In this document: positions 30,377 to 40,143 of the stretch, in pieces | Layout of the letters: each line of letters opens with the position of its first letter | Position numbering within the stretch: the first letter of the stretch is position 1 | Source of the DNA: an uncultured delta proteobacterium | GTDB lineage: Bacteria; Myxococcota; Myxococcia; Myxococcales; Myxococcaceae | Length of the DNA stretch: 64,000 nt | Direction: 5' to 3' | Assembly: GCA_963713045.1 (NCBI GenBank) | Contig: CAVQKE010000003.1 | Span: 1,312,001-1,376,000 of the forward strand | Notes under the pieces: model-generated | The model's input: only the letters and a program-made list of their open reading frames with translations | What the model was told of the DNA's origin: nothing | Databases searched by the model: none | Position numbers and translations under genes: made by a program

Positions 30377-33340
30377 GTGTCGGGGACTGTTCGCCTCGCC
30401 AAGCTGTCAATGCCGAGAATGGCGCGGGTGGTGTTGCGTCCACGGCTCTTCCGGACGCTGGACCGAGCGCAACGGCGTCGGATCTTCTGGATTGTAGCCC
30501 CTGCCGGCGCTGGAAAGACCGCCCTGTTGGCGAGCTGGCTTCGGGAACGAAAGCTTCGCCACGTCTGGCTGCAGCTCGACGACGGCGATGCCGATGTTGC
30601 GAGCTTCTTCCACTACTTCGCGATGGGGGTCAGTCAGCCCAAGCTCACCCGGGGTAGCCTTCCGGTCTTCTCACCCGAGTTCCTGGCCGCGCCAGAGGGC
30701 TTCGCCCGGCTGTTCTTTCGGGCACTCTGCGCGCGGCCAAGGCCGCCGGCAGTCATCGTGTTCGACGACTACCATGAAGTCCGGCCCGATTCGCGCCTCC
30801 ACGCGGCACTTCGCGCAGGATTCCATGAACTTCCGGCAGGCATCACGGTCATCGTGCTCAGCCGGGCCGAGCCGCCGCCAATCTTGGCGGAGTTGCAGGT
30901 GAAGGGCTCGCTCAACGTGCTCCCCGCCACTGAGCTCGCCGTGACCGAAGCCGAAGCATTCGCCATCGCTGCCCTCTGGGGCTACTCGCGACGCGATCAC
31001 GCCACGGTGCGGATGGTCCATAGTCGTACCGAGGGCTGGGCGGCGGGGCTCGTCCTTTTGTTCGGGGGCTGGCGCACCACCGGTGGCCAACAGCAGCCAG
31101 GCAGCGGAGAACAAACTCTCTTTGAATATCTCGCGCAGGAGGTGTTGGAGAGGTCTGACCCCGAAACCCAGCGCGTGTTGCTAGAGACGGCATTGCTGCC
31201 GCGCGTCGATGGTTCGCAAGTTGCGCGCTTAACTGGCGTCAAAACTGCGCACGAGATTCTCGAAAGACTTTTGCGGAGCGGCTATTTCGTCGCACGCCAA
31301 GGCAACGGTTACCAATACCACAGCCTCTTCCGGGACTTCCTGTTGGGATGCGCGGAGCGGGAGCTTTCGCCGAATCGTCGCTCGGAGATACGCCAGACGG
31401 CGGCGGCAATGTTCGAAGAGGCGGGAGATGTGGACGCCGCTGTTTGGCTCAATTTGCAGGGGAAGGCGTGGGGCGAGGCAGCTCGGCTGATTCGCGCACA
31501 TGCTCCGATGTTGCTTCTCCAGGGACGGGCAGAAGTCGTGGCGCGCTGGGTGCTTGCCGTTCCTGACGACGTCCGCGAACGAGACCCGTCGCTCCTGCTC
31601 AACCTCGGCCAAGCGTTGGTGACTCAGGATACTCAGGCAGCCCTCCGCCACTTGGAAAAAGCCTTCGCACTCTCCTTTGAAGCCAGCGACGGCCCCGGTG
31701 CCTACCTCGCCTGGGCTGCGATCACGGAAACAGTCATGTTTTCGTTCGCTCCTGGCCTCGATCATTGGATCGACGTGTTCGACGACCTGCGCTCGCGCTA
31801 TCCGGATATCGGCGGCCCAGGGATTGAAAAGCGTGTCGTGGCGGTTGTCGTCGGAGCACTCTCGATGCGGCAGCCCTGGCACCCAGCCCTGCCTGCTTGG
31901 GAGCAACGGGCTCTGCTGCTGGCGCTCACACCAGGTGAGACGTACCTGGACACGTATCTTCGGTTGAAGCTCGGCCAACACCTGCTGTTTCACTACGGCG
32001 GGTGCGTGAATGACCTCGCCAAAGCCAAGCTGGTGGCCGATGCACTTCGCCCGTTCGTCCTGACAGCGCAGGCCGACCCGTCTACCGGCGTCGCTTGGCA
32101 CCAATGCGATGCGATTCACCACCTATTTCTGGGTCGCGTGCAGGAGGGCCTCGAGGCGGTGCGTCGCGGCTTCGCCCTTTCGGCGGACTCTGGTTTTCAC
32201 ATTTGGGATGGCTTTCTCACTCAGAGTTACATCTTTGCAGCTCTCCAGACAGGCGACCTCGTCGCCGCCGAGCGAGAGCTTCAACGCTTGGATGACTTGC
32301 GCCGGGCCGGGGCGCCGATGGTTGCAGCCATCTTCCACCACTGCGCCGTCCTGCTGGCGCGCAGACGCGGGGACGTGCAGCTGGCACGCGAGCACGCTCG
32401 CCTCTGTCGCGAGCTGACCACCGCCGAAGGCTCTAAGCAGGCAGAGCTCCTTCTCGGCATCACGTGCGTGCTGGCGGCGCCGCCAGATGAAGTCGAATTC
32501 GAATTAGAAGCAATGCTTGTGCTGGCTCGACGGTACCGCCAGCGTCTCGTCCAAGCGACGAGCTTGCTGGCGCTTGCGCTGTTGAGGGCGGCCCGCGGTG
32601 ACGAGGCGGAGGCTGTGACTTGCCTCCGCGAGGGTTTCGCTACTGCCCGGGAGCTGGGCGTTCTGTTCTTTGTGTCACTTGAGCCCGGTGAACTGTCCGA
32701 CTGTTGTGCACTCGCTCTGGAGCACGGAATCGAGTCACAGTACGTCTGCGAGCTCATCCGAACGCAACGGCTCCCGGCGGGCGAACGTGCCAGCGGACTT
32801 GAGGCCTGGCCCTGGAACCTTCGAATCCAGGCACTCGGGGCGTTCGCCATCACGATGGAGGGGCAGCCCATGGTGACGGGCCGCAAGGAGCAGAAGAAGC
32901 CCTTAGCGATGCTTCGCCTCTTGGTGGCGACGGGGGTTGGGGGGATGCGCCAGCATCTTCTTGCCGAGGCTCTCTGGCCAGACGCCGACGGTGACGCGGC
33001 ACAACGCGCGCTCGTGACGACCGTGTACCGCCTCCGGCGTCTCCTGGGGAAGAAGGAGTTCCTCCTGCATCAAGGGGGACGGGTCTCCCTAGACTCGAAA
33101 TGTGTCTTCGTGGATGCCTGGGTCGTGGAGCGGATGCTCGACTCCATCGAAGCGAGTCGGGCGGGAAAAGCCCCCGACACCGCGCGCGTGGTAGCTGTCT
33201 CGGCCCGAGTCAGGGAGCTCTACCGGGGCGGTCTTCTGGCTGACAGCGATGAACCGTTCATTGAGGGAGCACGACAACGGCTTCACCAGAGAGTGGCGCA
33301 GTGCCTTTCGGTCTCCCCGCTGGCTCCGCCGCCGCGGTGA
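30377..33340 (+). CDS. MalT-like STAND ATPase transcriptional regulator with TPRs and SARP-type wHTH/BTAD C-terminus
   Basis: RPRL, Walker A APAGAGKT, Walker B VIVFDDYH, TEGWAAGL, YHSLFRDFL; C-terminal LAEALWPD...VYRLRRLLG...LYRG. Confidence 0.85.
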   Translation: MSGTVRLAKLSMPRMARVVLRPRLFRTLDRAQRRRIFWIVAPAGAGKTALLASWLRERKLRHVWLQLDDGDADVASFFHYFAMGVSQPKLTRGSLPVFSPEFLAAPEGFARLFFRALCARPRPPAVIVFDDYHEVRPDSRLHAALRAGFHELPAGITVIVLSRAEPPPILAELQVKGSLNVLPATELAVTEAEAFAIAALWGYSRRDHATVRMVHSRTEGWAAGLVLLFGGWRTTGGQQQPGSGEQTLFEYLAQEVLERSDPETQRVLLETALLPRVDGSQVARLTGVKTAHEILERLLRSGYFVARQGNGYQYHSLFRDFLLGCAERELSPNRRSEIRQTAAAMFEEAGDVDAAVWLNLQGKAWGEAARLIRAHAPMLLLQGRAEVVARWVLAVPDDVRERDPSLLLNLGQALVTQDTQAALRHLEKAFALSFEASDGPGAYLAWAAITETVMFSFAPGLDHWIDVFDDLRSRYPDIGGPGIEKRVVAVVVGALSMRQPWHPALPAWEQRALLLALTPGETYLDTYLRLKLGQHLLFHYGGCVNDLAKAKLVADALRPFVLTAQADPSTGVAWHQCDAIHHLFLGRVQEGLEAVRRGFALSADSGFHIWDGFLTQSYIFAALQTGDLVAAERELQRLDDLRRAGAPMVAAIFHHCAVLLARRRGDVQLAREHARLCRELTTAEGSKQAELLLGITCVLAAPPDEVEFELEAMLVLARRYRQRLVQATSLLALALLRAARGDEAEAVTCLREGFATARELGVLFFVSLEPGELSDCCALALEHGIESQYVCELIRTQRLPAGERASGLEAWPWNLRIQALGAFAITMEGQPMVTGRKEQKKPLAMLRLLVATGVGGMRQHLLAEALWPDADGDAAQRALVTTVYRLRRLLGKKEFLLHQGGRVSLDSKCVFVDAWVVERMLDSIEASRAGKAPDTARVVAVSARVRELYRGGLLADSDEPFIEGARQRLHQRVAQCLSVSPLAPPPR

Positions 33341-33438
33341 AGGATGCTTCTTGCCCTGGGCTGACCAGAATTTCTTAGGCCGCCTCGCAGTCCTCTGCGT
33401 TTTCTGCGGCGTCATTGGCCTCGCACCGGCGGGTCTGG

Positions 33439-33852
33439 CTAGGGTGGAACCATTGGCGGCGACACTTGCTTAACTGAAGGACCCGCCTTGACCTCGGACA
33501 TGCGGGCGAGCACATAGGCGCCTACCGCCATTACGACGTCCCGGACGGCGATGTCGAAGTAATGGCCGGTGGTGAGTAAATTCAGAGCGATGAGGAGGAG
33601 CCAGGCCGCCACCACATACGCGGCGTAGCGGGTGAAGCGCGTCAGCACGAAGACGCCGGCGAGAATCTCCACCACACCCACCACGTGCATGAAGGTGGAA
33701 GGCTCCAGCCCAAACCGAGGAAGGACGGGGCTCAGGTAATCCGCCCAGCGCGTCAGAAGGTTCGTAAATTTGTCGAGTCCGGCGACGATCGGCACCAGCC
33801 CATACGCCAATCGCAGCGCCCACCAGGAAGAATTCAGTCGGCTATCCAACAT
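33439..33852 (-). CDS. DoxX-family membrane protein
   Basis: AGLDKFTNLL, GVVEILAG, DIAVRD; multiple hydrophobic segments. Confidence 0.8.
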   Translation of the reverse strand: MLDSRLNSSWWALRLAYGLVPIVAGLDKFTNLLTRWADYLSPVLPRFGLEPSTFMHVVGVVEILAGVFVLTRFTRYAAYVVAAWLLLIALNLLTTGHYFDIAVRDVVMAVGAYVLARMSEVKAGPSVKQVSPPMVPP

Positions 33853-33993
33853 GGTTCAGTCCTCCTCAGTCCGGTCTCCGTCCGTTAGAGGGGTGAACGT
33901 CTTCCGAGGTGACAGGCCCTGGCGGGGCAAGCCCCTGGTCACCTTTCCGAGGCCCCTTGCGTCTAAGGTGTCGAACGAAGGGGAGGCGGTGCG

Positions 33994-34689
33994 ATGTCCC
34001 TTGCTGCCACCGTTGCCACCTGGTCCCGGACGCGTGTGCCCGACGACGAGGAGATTGTCCGACGTGTGCTCGCCGGTGAGGTGGCGCTCTTCGAAGTCCT
34101 GATGCGACGGAACAACCAACGCCTCTACCGGGCGGTGCGCTCCGTCATTCAATCCGAATCGGAAGTGGAAGAGGTGATGCAGCAGGCCTACATCGCGGCC
34201 TTCGGTGCCCTTTCCGGGTTTGCGCACTCGGCCAAGTTTTCGACGTGGCTCGTCCGGATTGCCCTCAACGCAGCGCTTTCGGCTCGGCGCCGTCCGTCAG
34301 CCGTGGTGATGCCCTCCCCGAGTGATGACGAGGAGGACTGCTTGGAGCTCATCCGTGACCGACAACCCACCCCCGAAGAAAACGCGAGCGCCCGGGAGTT
34401 GGGCCATGTCCTGGAGAGGGTCCTCGATGGGTTGCCTCAGCGCTACCGAAGCGTCCTGATGTTACGGGAAGTGGAAGGGCTGACCACGGCGGAGACCGCC
34501 GAGGCGCTGGCCGTCAGTGAGGATGTCGTCAAGACGCGCCTGCGCCGCGCCAAAGTCATGGCTCGGGACACCCTGTACGCATGGACGAAGGACGGCGCCG
34601 GAGAGTCGTTTCAGTTTCACGCACCCCGATGCGACCGCGTCGTCGCTGCCGTCCTGGCGCAGGTCTTCAGCGCGCCGCCGGCTGGCTGA
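33994..34689 (+). CDS. ECF RNA polymerase sigma factor
   Basis: FEVLMRRNNQRLYR, FSTWLVRIALN, LPQRYRSVLMLREVEGL, VKTRLRRAK. Confidence 0.9.
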   Translation: MSLAATVATWSRTRVPDDEEIVRRVLAGEVALFEVLMRRNNQRLYRAVRSVIQSESEVEEVMQQAYIAAFGALSGFAHSAKFSTWLVRIALNAALSARRRPSAVVMPSPSDDEEDCLELIRDRQPTPEENASARELGHVLERVLDGLPQRYRSVLMLREVEGLTTAETAEALAVSEDVVKTRLRRAKVMARDTLYAWTKDGAGESFQFHAPRCDRVVAAVLAQVFSAPPAG

Positions 34690-34746
34690 CGGACCCGCCA
34701 CACTTCTGCCCCTTCACTCGGCCTGCACCCCGGGTTGGGCGCCGGG

Positions 34747-35001
34747 TCAATTGGAGCGCGGGAAGGCGCGTGCCTCATCCCCGCCATCTTGGCCTTGGCC
34801 CCCGCCGTCGCGAGGACCGCCATCGCCGTTGTCGTCGTTGTTGCCGCCGTCGTCGTCGTCAATTCCACCGTCATCGTCATTGACGCCGCCGTCGTTGACG
34901 GCCAAGGCACCCACCAGCTGGTCCGCGGTGCAAGCGAGGGACGTCCCCAACAGGAGGCACACCGCCAACAACACACCCGGAGAGCGCATCCTGGTGGCCA
35001 T
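34747..35001 (-). CDS. Small Asp/Gly-rich putative lipoprotein
   Basis: Hydrophobic N-terminus ending SLAC, DDDGG-type repeats; start overlaps the upstream stop (TAATG). Confidence 0.55.
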   Translation of the reverse strand: MATRMRSPGVLLAVCLLLGTSLACTADQLVGALAVNDGGVNDDDGGIDDDDGGNNDDNGDGGPRDGGGQGQDGGDEARAFPRSN

Positions 35002-35717
35002 TACCGGCGCAGCGCGGCGTCAATGTTGGGCTGCTGAATGCTGTGCGGGTGTTCCTTTCGGAAACGCTCCGCACGGCGCGAAGCCTCGGCGCGGTGTCCC
35101 TGCCGGACGAGGAGGCGAATGGTGAGTGCCTCGCGTTCCTCGGAGAGACGGCCCGTGGGAAACAGCTGCGCGTGGCGTTGCAAGAGCTGCTGGGCCTCGC
35201 CCAGCTGACCGCGCGCAATGGCCCCTCGGGCCTGGTCCAGCAGCGAGCGTTCCGGGCCCAGCGTGTCCGCGGCCGGCGGCGGGGGAGCCTCCTCGACGGC
35301 AGGTGGGGCGGAGGAAACGGAAAGCGCTGGGGCCGGCGGGGGGGCCGGCGCGACGTGTTGCCGGTGGGCAGCGGCCTCGCTGGCAGCGCGCTGGTGCGCG
35401 CGCACCTGCACGTAAGCGACGGTGCTTCCGGTGACGGTGCTGGCAGCCACCACGCCCAGCACCACGGCCTTCTTGAAGAGGAGGGCTTTGCTGAGGGTAC
35501 CGACGAGGCTTTCCGCCGGAAGGGGGCTCGCGCCGCCACCGGCACTGGCTGCGGTGGCGACCGCGCCGGCGGCCCCAAGGCCCGCGGCCACGCCCAGCGT
35601 CGCCGCCAGCTGCATCCGCACCCGCTCCTTGGCGCCCTCGGGGGGCGCCAGGGCCGCCGCGTCCGCGCGGCTGAGGGCCTCCCAGCCCTCCGGCAAGTCG
35701 TCTGCAATGCCACTCAT
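35001..35717 (-). CDS. Putative anti-sigma factor (single TM, Pro linker, TPR-like C-terminus)
   Basis: Translationally coupled to an ECF sigma; TM segment; C-terminal HAQLFPTGRLSEEREAL...FRKEHPHS. Confidence 0.65.
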   Translation of the reverse strand: MSGIADDLPEGWEALSRADAAALAPPEGAKERVRMQLAATLGVAAGLGAAGAVATAASAGGGASPLPAESLVGTLSKALLFKKAVVLGVVAASTVTGSTVAYVQVRAHQRAASEAAAHRQHVAPAPPPAPALSVSSAPPAVEEAPPPPAADTLGPERSLLDQARGAIARGQLGEAQQLLQRHAQLFPTGRLSEEREALTIRLLVRQGHRAEASRRAERFRKEHPHSIQQPNIDAALRR

Positions 35718-36289
35718 CGCGCTCCTCGCAGGACGGCGGCGACTTTGGCCCGGCCCAGCCTCAGCCGGGAGTAGACGGTATTGAGCGGGACGTTGAGTTC
35801 CTCGGCAATTTGCGGCACTGGAATTCCGTGGAGGTCGTGCATCACCACCACCGCCCGCTGGTCGAGGTCCACGTGCGCCAGCGCTGCGTGCAGCTGGCTA
35901 CTGGCTTCGCGCGACGCGTAGGTGGCCTCTGGGCCCTGACTGCCGTCGGGCACCTCGTGGGCCGGCTCGTCAAGGTCAACCTCATGGCGGCGCTGGCGGC
36001 GCCATTGGGCGGCAATGCGGAAGGCAATCCCCAAAAGCCAGGGGCGAAGCGGACGCGCACTGTCGTACGTCGCAAAGCGTCGGTGGGCCACCACAAACAC
36101 GTCATGCACCGCATCTTCCACATCCGCCGCCGGTACGCCCAACCGCCGCAAATAAAGCCAAACCCCTTCAAACTCGGCGTCGTAGGCAGCCGCAAAGTCC
36201 GGGGAAGGGGACACTTCGGCCTTTGCGGCAAGCGTGAGAGCAGCGGACACTCCATCTCTTGCTTGTCCGCTGTCGGTCACTTCCGTCAC
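35714..36289 (-). CDS. ECF RNA polymerase sigma factor
   Basis: VEDAVHDVFV, LRPWLLGIA, VPLNTVYSRLRLGR. Start set at GTG 36289 to avoid overlap with the upstream gene. Confidence 0.88.
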   Translation of the reverse strand: MTEVTDSGQARDGVSAALTLAAKAEVSPSPDFAAAYDAEFEGVWLYLRRLGVPAADVEDAVHDVFVVAHRRFATYDSARPLRPWLLGIAFRIAAQWRRQRRHEVDLDEPAHEVPDGSQGPEATYASREASSQLHAALAHVDLDQRAVVVMHDLHGIPVPQIAEELNVPLNTVYSRLRLGRAKVAAVLRGAR

Positions 36290-36291
36290 CC

Positions 36292-37623
36292 TTAGAAGAG
36301 CACGAAGAGTCCGGCCGCGAGACTGAAAGCCAGTGTGGGCGAGGTCCACGCTGTCTCCGGGGCTGGTTCTGCTGCTACCTGAATGCGTGTCTGGACGGCA
36401 TTAACGAGGCCTTCTGCCTGCAGTCGCAGTCCCACTGGGTGAGCAAATACCCAGTCCCATTGGGCCCGCACACCGAGTTGCAGCACCCAGCTACTGGCGC
36501 TTTGCACTGTGGGGTAGCCGCTCCCGGTCGAGGTGAGGGGCCCGGTTTGCACCACCGCGCACAAGCCAAAGCCGCTGAGGGTGCCGCAGCCCACCAGCGC
36601 GCCCGTCACCAGCGTGCTGGAAATGCTGCCGCTGGAAAAGGGGAAGGAAGTGGACGGGAGCCAGCCCGCTTCGAGTTCCACCGAGAAAAACTGCCAGGCG
36701 ACCCCTCCATGAAGAAACACGCCGAAGGCGTTGCGCTTGACGAAGCCCACCGTCCACGCTCCGTCCACCCCGACAATGCCGTGCCATGGCCGGGCCGCTT
36801 CAGAAGGGCTGGCCGCGGTGGCCTCCGGTGCGGCCGAGGCCACCGGTGGGGGCGGGAGCGGCGGCGGAGGCTCGGGCGCAGGGGTGGCTACGGTCGGCGC
36901 CCCAGCGTCCGGCGTCGCTGCCTCCGGCGCTCCAGCGTCCGGCGTCGCCGCGTTCGGTATCCCGGCATCCACTTCGGCCAAGGGCTCGAGCGCCGGAACA
37001 CCGGCGTCCAATGACACCGCGGGTGGAGTGGCAACCGGTGCGGACCTGGCGGGGGGTTGGGGTCTCGGCCTGGGCGGTGTGGGTACGGCGGTTGCCGTTG
37101 CACCCGGACTGGAAGCTGCGGCGCCGGCGAGCGCGACCCCAGCACCACCCTCTCGCACCGTGGCCGCGCCGGAGGCTGAGCTTTCGGCCGGTGGGACGGC
37201 CGGCACCGCCGGGACAACCCGTGGAGGCGGGGGTTGGGCCAGCGGGTCAATGGCCAGCGCAATGGCCAGGGCCATGGCTGCGCCCAGCTCCTCGCAGCTT
37301 GGCCCGTTGGCGGAGAGTTCCCGGACGCCGAGGCTCTTGTGCGTCCGGGCGTCCTTCAGCTGGATGCGCGCATGAAACGTCCCGCCGGCCGCCCACAGCA
37401 CAGCCGTCAGTCGCCGCCGGGAATTTTTGTCAAACGGCCGGTAGCCGAGAATGGCCGTCACCTGCTCGCGCACCTCCTTCTGAGAGGGGCAGCTGTCTGC
37501 GCTTGCACGCCGCGTGACTTCCAGGGAGGCATGGCTGTGGTGGGCCGTCGTTGCGGCGAAGGACAGCGCCGGCAAAAACGGTGCGGCGAGCGCAAGGAAT
37601 GCGCGGCGCGGCCAGTGCGTCAT
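36292..37623 (-). CDS. Secreted/outer-membrane protein with Pro-rich linker and C-terminal beta-barrel-like domain
   Basis: Signal peptide, N-terminal domain with paired Cys, PDAGAP repeats, alternating beta strands, terminal Phe. Confidence 0.6.
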   Translation of the reverse strand: MTHWPRRAFLALAAPFLPALSFAATTAHHSHASLEVTRRASADSCPSQKEVREQVTAILGYRPFDKNSRRRLTAVLWAAGGTFHARIQLKDARTHKSLGVRELSANGPSCEELGAAMALAIALAIDPLAQPPPPRVVPAVPAVPPAESSASGAATVREGGAGVALAGAAASSPGATATAVPTPPRPRPQPPARSAPVATPPAVSLDAGVPALEPLAEVDAGIPNAATPDAGAPEAATPDAGAPTVATPAPEPPPPLPPPPVASAAPEATAASPSEAARPWHGIVGVDGAWTVGFVKRNAFGVFLHGGVAWQFFSVELEAGWLPSTSFPFSSGSISSTLVTGALVGCGTLSGFGLCAVVQTGPLTSTGSGYPTVQSASSWVLQLGVRAQWDWVFAHPVGLRLQAEGLVNAVQTRIQVAAEPAPETAWTSPTLAFSLAAGLFVLF

Positions 37624-37775
37624 ATCCCCTGCTGTCGAGGCCGGAGGCCCGGCGCGAGGCGGCACTTTCCAGAAAGCCGGCACCAAACTCAACTTTCCGT
37701 TTCACGGGAGGGCGCGGCCTGGCGAGTGGTGGAACGCGGAAAGGAAAGCAACCGCGGGACGCCGGAGAGGGGCGT

Positions 37776-38228
37776 CTAGCGCTGTGCCGGCCGCCGGCAA
37801 CGGGCGGCCAGCAGGACGAGGGCCAAAAGGGCCACCCCACCCGCCCCCGGCGTGGGGCCCTGCCCGGTGAGGTTGAAGCAGCCATAGCTGGGCTGGGGGA
37901 CGGCGCCCGCGCCCGGGTTGTTTGGGTCGAGCCCCTCCTTCAGGTAGGTAATGTACGGGCTCATTTCCCCCTCTGCAGCTGCCAGGGCCGTGTCGAGGGA
38001 CGTCAGGCTGCAGCAGACCAGTCCTCGAGAACGCATGTACGACCCAAAGGGCGTGGTCACCGTGCCGTACCCGGTGACGCCGTTGGCGTGGCAGATGGCG
38101 CACTGGGGCGTGTAGTTGAGGCTCAGCTGCTTCTGGATTTCGGCCGGGTAAATGGACGAAGCCCCTGCCGGCCGGGCGTCGAGAAGCAAGCAAGCCGCAA
38201 GGACGAGGAGGGGCGTGGCGCATTTCAT
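37776..38228 (-). CDS. Small monoheme c-type cytochrome with C-terminal membrane anchor
   Basis: Signal peptide, CAICH, tail YGC...LLALVLLAARCRR; start overlaps upstream stop (ATGA). Confidence 0.7.
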   Translation of the reverse strand: MKCATPLLVLAACLLLDARPAGASSIYPAEIQKQLSLNYTPQCAICHANGVTGYGTVTTPFGSYMRSRGLVCCSLTSLDTALAAAEGEMSPYITYLKEGLDPNNPGAGAVPQPSYGCFNLTGQGPTPGAGGVALLALVLLAARCRRPAQR

Positions 38229-39472
38229 AGGTACACGTGGAGCTGGATGAGGAAGGAGAAGGTGTTGGTGGAGCTGGTGGGCGTCGGTTGGTAGCGGTAG
38301 AGGCCGTCCAGCCGGATTTCGGTGTGGGGCAAGCAAAACCAGTCGAGCGTCAGCCACGTCCCGACGGCCGTCCCATTCACCCCGTAGCTGGTCAGTGTCT
38401 CAACGGCCGGGGCCAGGTGCAGCCCTTGGATGAATTCCCAGTCCACCTGGAGCCAAGTCACCCCGTTGGGTTGGTAAATGCCGCTGCCGAGCGTGTTGTT
38501 GAGGTAGACGTCTGCCTCCACCATCACCACCACCGGCTCGATGGGCGCCCAGCGCGAGAAGGCCCCGTACACCTGTCGAAGGACGGGACTCGGCGTGCCG
38601 GGGGTGAGGTCGGCGCGCGTCACCAGCGCGCTGAAGCCCACTGTCGTCCGTTCTGCCACCGGCACTTCAACCAGCCCACTGAAGCCGCGCTGGCGGTAGG
38701 CGTCGGGGCTGACGTTCAGGTTTCCGACAATGGCTTCCACTTCGGTGCGCACCTTGCCGTTGTCAAAAGCGACGGACAAACCGCTCTGCTGCGAATAGTT
38801 GATGTCCGTTCCGGTATTGTTTCTGACCCAGGCGGTGTGCTCGACGTTGCGCAGCCCGAACGGGAGGTTGATTCGCCCAAGCCGGATGAGCAGGCTGTCG
38901 TCGGGCTGCAGCCCAATCCAGTAGTCCCGGGCCAACAACTGCTCCGTCCCGGCGGTGTTGGTGATGACGACGGCGGGGAGGGTGAAGGGCGTGGTGCCCC
39001 AACCGATGGAGCCGCCCGCCCGGAAAATGCCAAACTTCAATTCGGCTCTGGCGTCGAGCAACATCATCAAAAAGCGCCGGTCACTTTCGGTGATGGCCGC
39101 GGTCGTCGGCGTGGCGGCCGTCGTCTCCGTCACCCAAAACTCGGCTCCCCGAAAGGTAATTTGCGCGAGGAGCCAGTCCGGCATGGGGAACGCGCCGAAC
39201 ATGAAGTTGGCGTAGGACGGGGCCTCGTCGCCTTTGATGGGCGAGCCGTAGTTCATCTGCATCAACAGCACCGACTGGGCTCGCCCGTAGTCCGTCAGCA
39301 ACCCGGCCCCCGACGGGTCGACGTGGCACACGCCACACCCGGTGTAGTCGTGCCGAATCATCCACGGGTACGCCTGGGCGGACGGGGGGCCGAGCAGCAG
39401 CGCCAGCGCCCCGGCCAGCAGCCCCGCGCGCAACCCCCGTCTCTTCGCAGCCCGCCCTCGCTCGGTGCGCAC
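38225..39472 (-). CDS. Outer-membrane beta-barrel with N-terminal CxxCH heme motif
   Basis: Signal peptide ending AQA, then YPWMIRHDYTGCGVCH; amphipathic beta strands; RLGRINLPFG; C-terminal FLIQLHVYL. Confidence 0.7.
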   Translation of the reverse strand: MRTERGRAAKRRGLRAGLLAGALALLLGPPSAQAYPWMIRHDYTGCGVCHVDPSGAGLLTDYGRAQSVLLMQMNYGSPIKGDEAPSYANFMFGAFPMPDWLLAQITFRGAEFWVTETTAATPTTAAITESDRRFLMMLLDARAELKFGIFRAGGSIGWGTTPFTLPAVVITNTAGTEQLLARDYWIGLQPDDSLLIRLGRINLPFGLRNVEHTAWVRNNTGTDINYSQQSGLSVAFDNGKVRTEVEAIVGNLNVSPDAYRQRGFSGLVEVPVAERTTVGFSALVTRADLTPGTPSPVLRQVYGAFSRWAPIEPVVVMVEADVYLNNTLGSGIYQPNGVTWLQVDWEFIQGLHLAPAVETLTSYGVNGTAVGTWLTLDWFCLPHTEIRLDGLYRYQPTPTSSTNTFSFLIQLHVYL

Positions 39473-39483
39473 CCGGTTTGGGC

Positions 39484-40029
39484 TTAGGCCTCCACCAGGC
39501 GGAAGGTGACGCTGATGTCCACCGGCGGCTTCACGGTGATGCCCAGGTAGGTGGGCGTCGCGATGTCGTAGTCGTTCATGTTGACGTGGACATCGCCTTG
39601 CACGTCGTAGGCATTCCCTTTGCGCACCGCTCGGTAGTGGAATGTCACCGGCCTGGACTTGCCGTGGATGGTCATCGTGCCGGGCGCTGTTGCGTCGACG
39701 GTGGCCCCCTCGGAGGGAAACTTGAGGGCCGAACGGGGCACCGCCAGCTCGGCCGTCGGGTACTTGGGCGACTCGAGGTACTTCTCCTGCATGTGGCTGT
39801 CCCGGATACCGATGCCGGTGGAGATTTTCGCCACTGGGACGGTGAGCACCAGGGCTTCGCCCTTGTCGCTCGTCTGCAACTCGCTGCCCGTTCCCTCGAT
39901 GCGCAAGCCCCCGGGACCCACGCAGGTGAAGGTGATTTTGGCCTCTTTGGCCTGAAGGGCCGCGAACACCAGGCCCGGAATGGCGCAGCACAGCGCCAGC
40001 AAGCTCCATGAAAAGCGACGTCGACGCAT
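39484..40029 (-). CDS. YceI-family periplasmic lipid/isoprenoid-binding protein
   Basis: TGIGIRDSHM, YLESPKYP, GTMTIHGKS, DYDI; GGAGG RBS. Confidence 0.88.
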   Translation of the reverse strand: MRRRRFSWSLLALCCAIPGLVFAALQAKEAKITFTCVGPGGLRIEGTGSELQTSDKGEALVLTVPVAKISTGIGIRDSHMQEKYLESPKYPTAELAVPRSALKFPSEGATVDATAPGTMTIHGKSRPVTFHYRAVRKGNAYDVQGDVHVNMNDYDIATPTYLGITVKPPVDISVTFRLVEA

Positions 40030-40143
40030 GAAACGCACCTCCAAGAAAGTCCTGCGTAATTTGTGGCACGGCATGAGGCTGTTCCTTCGCCGCACGGCGA
40101 GGCCTCGTACGTGGTTGTCCCATTCGCAGTCCAAGGACACCGC

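Noticed and set aside
36890..36955. Short tandem repeat (ccagcgtccggcgtcgc, 30-nt period)
   Set aside because: Encodes a low-complexity ATPDAGAP linker; no sign of an independent function.
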